Source: Chiloscyllium plagiosum (taxonomy: Eukaryota). From it: 64,000 nt of DNA. Both the position numbers and the translations under genes were made by a program. Under the pieces are notes generated by a model. It was not told where the DNA came from and ran no database searches. It saw only the letters and a program-made list of their open reading frames with translations. Of the stretch, positions 59,300 to 64,000 are shown piece after piece (position 1 is the stretch's first letter; the number at the start of each line of letters is the position of its first letter). The stretch lies in NCBI RefSeq assembly GCF_004010195.1, contig NC_057717.1, forward strand, positions 106,706,566-106,770,565, in the 5' to 3' direction.

Positions 59300-60232
59300 C
59301 CAGTTTTTTTTTAATGTTTCGAGGATGTGACCAGGTGTGAGAGTGCAGTTGATGTAGTTTAAATGGATTTAAGGAAAACCTTTGACAAGTTCCCACATGG
59401 GACCCTGATTAAAGAAGGAAAAAACACAAAGGATCCAGGGTTACTTGGCAAGTTGGATGTAAGTCGGTTAACAGGGAGGAAGAAAGTCTTGAGTTCTTGG
59501 AGGATATAGATGGATTTGTCAGATGAGCAAATCAGTGGCAGATGGAATTTAACACTGGTAAGTGAGGTGATACACATTGGAAGAAGGAATAAGGTAAGTG
59601 AGTGCTCAATGAATGACCAGAGCCTCTGGTCCACAAATCCCTGAAGTTGGTAGGACAGGTCAATAGGGCGATTAAGAGGCATTCAGGACCCTTACCTTTA
59701 AAACCCTAACCTCCCTGCTCTTCTAATTTATGTTAGAGTTGTACAGAACTTTGGTCAGGCCGCAGCTGGAGTACTGTGTGCAGTTACAGGAAGGATGTTG
59801 TTTGGGGTGGAGCAGTTCAGTTATGAAGAGAAATTGGATAAGCTCTGGTGGTTCTGCTTGGAGCAGAGCAGGTTGGTGGGAACCTGATTGATGTATATGA
59901 GATTTGAGGGGCGTGGACAGGGTGGATAGGAACAGCTGTTCCCCTCAGTTGAGGATTTAGTAATAAGGAGACGTAATTTTAAGGTGAAGGCAAGAGGTTT
60001 AGAGGGATTTGAGGCAATTTATTGAGGCTGGAGGGGATCTGGAATACACTGGAGGGTAGTTGGATGCTTAAATCTCATTATCTTTTAAAAAGTGCTTGGA
60101 TGCACTCTGTGGAATATTATGATATTCAAGGCCATGTGCCAAGTGCTGGAGTGGGACTTGTGTAGACTTGAATTGTTTTTGTCGGTACAGACTTGGGCCA
60201 AAAGGCCTCTTTTGTGCTGTCTGTTTCTATGA
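59300..60232 (+). mobile_element. Decayed CR1 LINE
   Basis: ATGGATTT..TTTGACAAGTTCCCACATGG; TTGGTCAGGCCGCAGCTGGAGTACTGTGTGCAGTT. Confidence 0.8.
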
Positions 60233-61191
60233 TTAGTCTGGGCTCTGGATTACTGGGTCAGTGAAAATATCATGGCATCTCCCCATCACCCACCCATATG
60301 AATTAAATAATTATCTGCTGGGCTTGTCACTTTGCTTCCCCCTTGTGCCCAAGTGGAAATATCTGTAAGCATTCCCATCAAACACTTAACCTTTAAAAGG
60401 TTAGGAAGGATGGTTGACTGTCACTGAGTGAAAGGTGCTGAGGGATAAAAGAAGGCTCAGTGTTTTTAGTAAGTGGTGGCAAATCTCCCCTCTGCTGGGT
60501 CACAATGGAGGGAAAGTAAAGTGACGATAAATGAGACAGAAGAAAATGTAAACTCAGCAGCTCAGTAATTGTAGAATTTATTAATTCTTTTACAATTCCA
60601 TCCCAGGTTGAAACATAATCAAAATATTGTCGATAATAAAAATCTGAAAAAAGTTGCGGGAAATGCATATGTTTTCTCTCTCCACAAGTGCTGTCTGACC
60701 TGCTGAATATTTCATTTTCGTTTCAGCATATCTCTGGGTTTAATAGGCAGTGCCCTCAGCTCACATTAACTGGTTAACACCATAAGTAAAAGCAAAGGAC
60801 TGTGCATACTTGAGATTTGAAATATAGAAAATATTGGAAAAATTCAGTTTGTTTGGCAGCACCTGTGGAGAGACAGGTTAACACACTCTGGCTGGTGTTA
60901 TGTTATTCGAGTATGTCCGATTTGGACTTTAGAGGAAGTACATGCACAAGCTCATTTAAAGCCCCTGGTGGGGATTCACAATCCAGACAAAGGGTTGCCT
61001 GTTAAATTAACAAAATCATAAACTTCAGCTCAATTCCACCCCCACTCCTAAAAGATTTGAGTTTGAGATTTTAGTGTGGTCAGAGAGAAATTTTGGAAAG
61101 TAGTATTTGCAAAGCTTGATTTTGGAGGTTGTGCTTTCATTAAAAATTGTTAAACGTTATTTAATGGTGTGAAGTGAACTTGAAAAGTGCA

Positions 61192-61430
61192 AATCATAGA
61201 ATCCCGATTAATAGTGAAGTAGGACATTCAGCACACGCCGACTCTCCAAAGTGCATTCCACCCAACCCTGCATTCCCCTGGCTAATCCATCTAACCTACA
61301 CATCTTTAGACTGTGGGAGGAAATTGGAGTACCTGGAGGAAACCCACACAGACGTGTGGAGAACATGCAAAATCCACACAGTCACCAAAGGGTGCAATCA
61401 AACCCAGTCTCTGTGCTAACCACTGAGTCA
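61192..61430 (-). mobile_element. HE1-like SINE
   Basis: GGACTGTGGGAGGAAA-like..GGAGGAAACCCAC..GTGCTAACCACTGAG. Confidence 0.8.
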
Positions 61431-61799
61431 AATGTCAGACATTTTGTAACATAATTAGAAAATAATCTTATCTTTGACCTTAAAAGGCCTTCAACTCTTA
61501 TAGATGCTGTGTCGATGTGAATTTGTAATGCATTTCTTTTAACAATCTGTTTTAAATATATGTAGGTAAAGGATTTAAATGAAAATTTCAGAAGTGAAAA
61601 ACTTTTAACGCTTGTAGTAAAAATGTTGCTGAATTACTGAGATGGACATTGAATGTAATATTACATCTCACTTTGAACTGGTCATTATAGAATCCTCATA
61701 TGCTTAGACACCGTTATTTACATGCCTGCATGTGTGAGATGTCATCTTCCACAATACTGATGCTTCAATGGTTGACATGATGCAGATTCATTTGATCAT

Positions 61800-62285
61800 A
61801 TGATGCAGGATTATCATTTCTTGCTTGTGGTTCATTTTGTCGTGGGACTAGTGATGTGTAACATTTCATTACAAGGTCCTTTGTTTATCAGATGATTGAG
61901 ATAATCTTATGGTTTAAAATTAACAGATTTGCCAAGATTCTAAAATGTGAATGCAGATAACCAGCAAAGTGCACATGATTCATTTTGTCCTGGTGAACTC
62001 AGTTGCAACAGGCCATGATTTCTACACTCGGATTCGGACGATAGTCTTTGGGTGACAAAGGGCACCCTCTGAAAACGTGGTTTGATGACCGAATTTCACA
62101 GGAACAGCACTGAGGCAGGAAGGACACACCTTGGACACAACACAGCAAGTACAGGAGAAAACCATTTGAGTACTCCGAACATGCTTCCTTTTACTTAGAC
62201 AGGTAAGGCAGTACCTTACTGTACTTGCATGAGACAGTGTCCAAGATTGGGGCTGCAGGTTGTGCACTGCAAAGTTTTACTGTTG
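61800..62285 (+). pseudogene. PIF/Harbinger (HARBI1-like) DDE transposase fossil
   Basis: Ordered motifs NVNADNQQSAHDSF (61944-61985), LGDKGHPLKTW (62048-62080), then STEA..EKTI..LDR and TLLY..VSKI..GCAL, across frameshifts. Confidence 0.7.
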
Positions 62286-63034
62286 AATAAGGATTGAGCC
62301 TAGACCCTGGAGAGAAACGAGTGGAGCAGCAGATTCGATGGATAAATGTTCCACGGATCCTGATGCAGGTGAAAGAAGGTGAAGCAGCCCTGGTATACCA
62401 ACAGCAGTGAGAATGTCTGCTTCCTACAGTTTTTGCTCCTTAAATCTGAATGACTGTATCTCCCTCCTGAAAAGCTGTTTGTTTGTCACTCTCTTTGACA
62501 GTGTTGATATTAAATTAAAACATTGTTTTGACTATACAAAATAGGGCAAAAGTGCATTCTTAACGTCTGAACTGTCATGATTTATAAGTGGCAATGCAAA
62601 ATTATGACAGGAATAGCAGATAATTTTTTTTTAAGTGACACCAGGACTGTTTTGAAACCTTCTATTTGCTTTAAGAAATGCTGCCTTCAGGAAAATGAAC
62701 CATAGGACAAAAAATACAATACTAAATGTACAGTTAAGTGAGTTTCAAGATAAAGGCAAGATGTGAAAATAGACAAAGTCTGTCCCCCATAACCCCCCAA
62801 CCCCCAATTGTTATGGTCCCTCGATGCTCCCATGTTTTCCTCTTCTATTGAAGGGATCTGCTCTGTTCTCCATGCAAGCTCAGGAGCAGCTGTCTCTGCT
62901 GTGGGCTTCATCTGGTCACAGACTGCAAGAGGTTGCCCTTGGTCTGATGTGCCATTGTCACAGTCCCAGCCGGTAGCTGCCTCTGAGAAACTGTTCTGCT
63001 GTACAAAATGTATAAACCTATGTTCAATCCTGTG

Positions 63035-63682
63035 CGGGATTGATGAACAGCTGGCGTTTTGGGCAGAAACTCTTTTTATCAAGAATGTGGCGGGGGGAGG
63101 GAGCTGAGACATAAATAGGGGAGTGGGGTGGAACTGTGGGGCATGGGGTGGGGGGGGAGAAGGTAGGTGGGAAAGCAATAAGTGAATACAGGTGGGAGGT
63201 AATTGTGATAGGGTGGTGGGGAGAGTGGAGCAGAGACTCCTCCACTGCCAAATCAAAGCCATCCACCAACTGAAGGAAGATTGCCTCATCTTCTGCCTCA
63301 GGACCCTACAACCACATAGCATCAACATCGACTTCATCAGTTTCCACACCTCGACTCCCCTCACGTCATCTCAGATCCAACCTGACAAACTGTCCATATT
63401 TTTTCCCACCTATCCACTCCATCCTCCCCACTGACCTATCACAATTATCTCCTGACTGCATCTACCTATCACCTTCCCAGCTACCTTCACCCCAGCCTCA
63501 TCCTTAATCTACCCCCCCCCCCCCTTATCTCTCAGGCCCCCTCTCTCTCCACATTCCTGATGAAGAGCTTATGTCTGAAACATTGACTCTTCTGCTCCTT
63601 ACATGCTGCCTGACCTGCTGTGATTTTCCAGCAGTACACTTTTTGACTGATTCTTCAGCATCTGCGGTCCTCACATTCTCTT
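63035..63682 (+). mobile_element. Penelope-like 3' fragment (family A) with inverted 5' segment
   Basis: EDCLIFCLRTLQPHSINIDF (GIY-YIG C-term); terminus CCTGATGAAGAGCTTATGTCTGAAACATTGAC at ~63556-63587; 63035-63230 is an inverted copy of the terminus region. Confidence 0.82.
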
Positions 63683-64000
63683 AATTGAACTATCAGTCCA
63701 GATTGAAGGAATGGGGCTGAATGCTTTCTAACTTATTCCACACTCCCTAAACATGACACCAGACATGCTGAAAGAGCTCTGTATCTTCCTGAAGACCATG
63801 TCATGAATCTTGTGGAGGTACTGATGTCCTGGGGATGACTGATCCTGTGCTGCTAATGCTGCTGCATCCCATACTCATGGAGTATGGTACTTTCCTTGCA
63901 GCAATATCATCACATACAGATCTAAAGTTTAAAAATTCTTTGACGAAGCAGCATCGTGGTGTGCATATATGTTCTCCCTGATGCCCTTACCAGCATCGAC

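Noticed and set aside
62195..62210. Microexon-like TTAG-ACAG-GTAAGG
   Set aside because: Lies within the Harbinger fossil (LDR codons) and there is no gene to attach it to.

Overview
Vertebrate genomic DNA, most likely a shark (inferred from the repeat set: HE1-like SINEs, CR1/HER1-like LINEs, Deu-domain SINEs). Two host genes are supported, both on +. The first is S1PR2, a single coding exon at 9679-10758 (359 aa) preceded by two upstream ORFs. The second is the splicing factor YJU2B/CCDC130, with 9 coding exons from 50583 to 58493 (384 aa by my manual splice) and a CpG-island promoter near 50 kb. Most of the rest is layered transposon debris: many CR1 LINEs (often nested), at least four Penelope-like families, Rex1/Babar LINEs, two Gypsy relics, Harbinger relics, several SINE families and a 1.9-kb 32-bp minisatellite. 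There are two N-gaps. The most notable non-gene signals are (i) minimal hammerhead-ribozyme motifs in Penelope-derived termini, including two ~126-bp TSD-flanked insertions that begin at the ribozyme core, and (ii) a tRNA-derived mini-SINE found twice at the same position and orientation inside a LINE's GVPQG codons. Exon, TSD and motif coordinates were counted by hand; transposon boundaries are approximate. No database searches were run.
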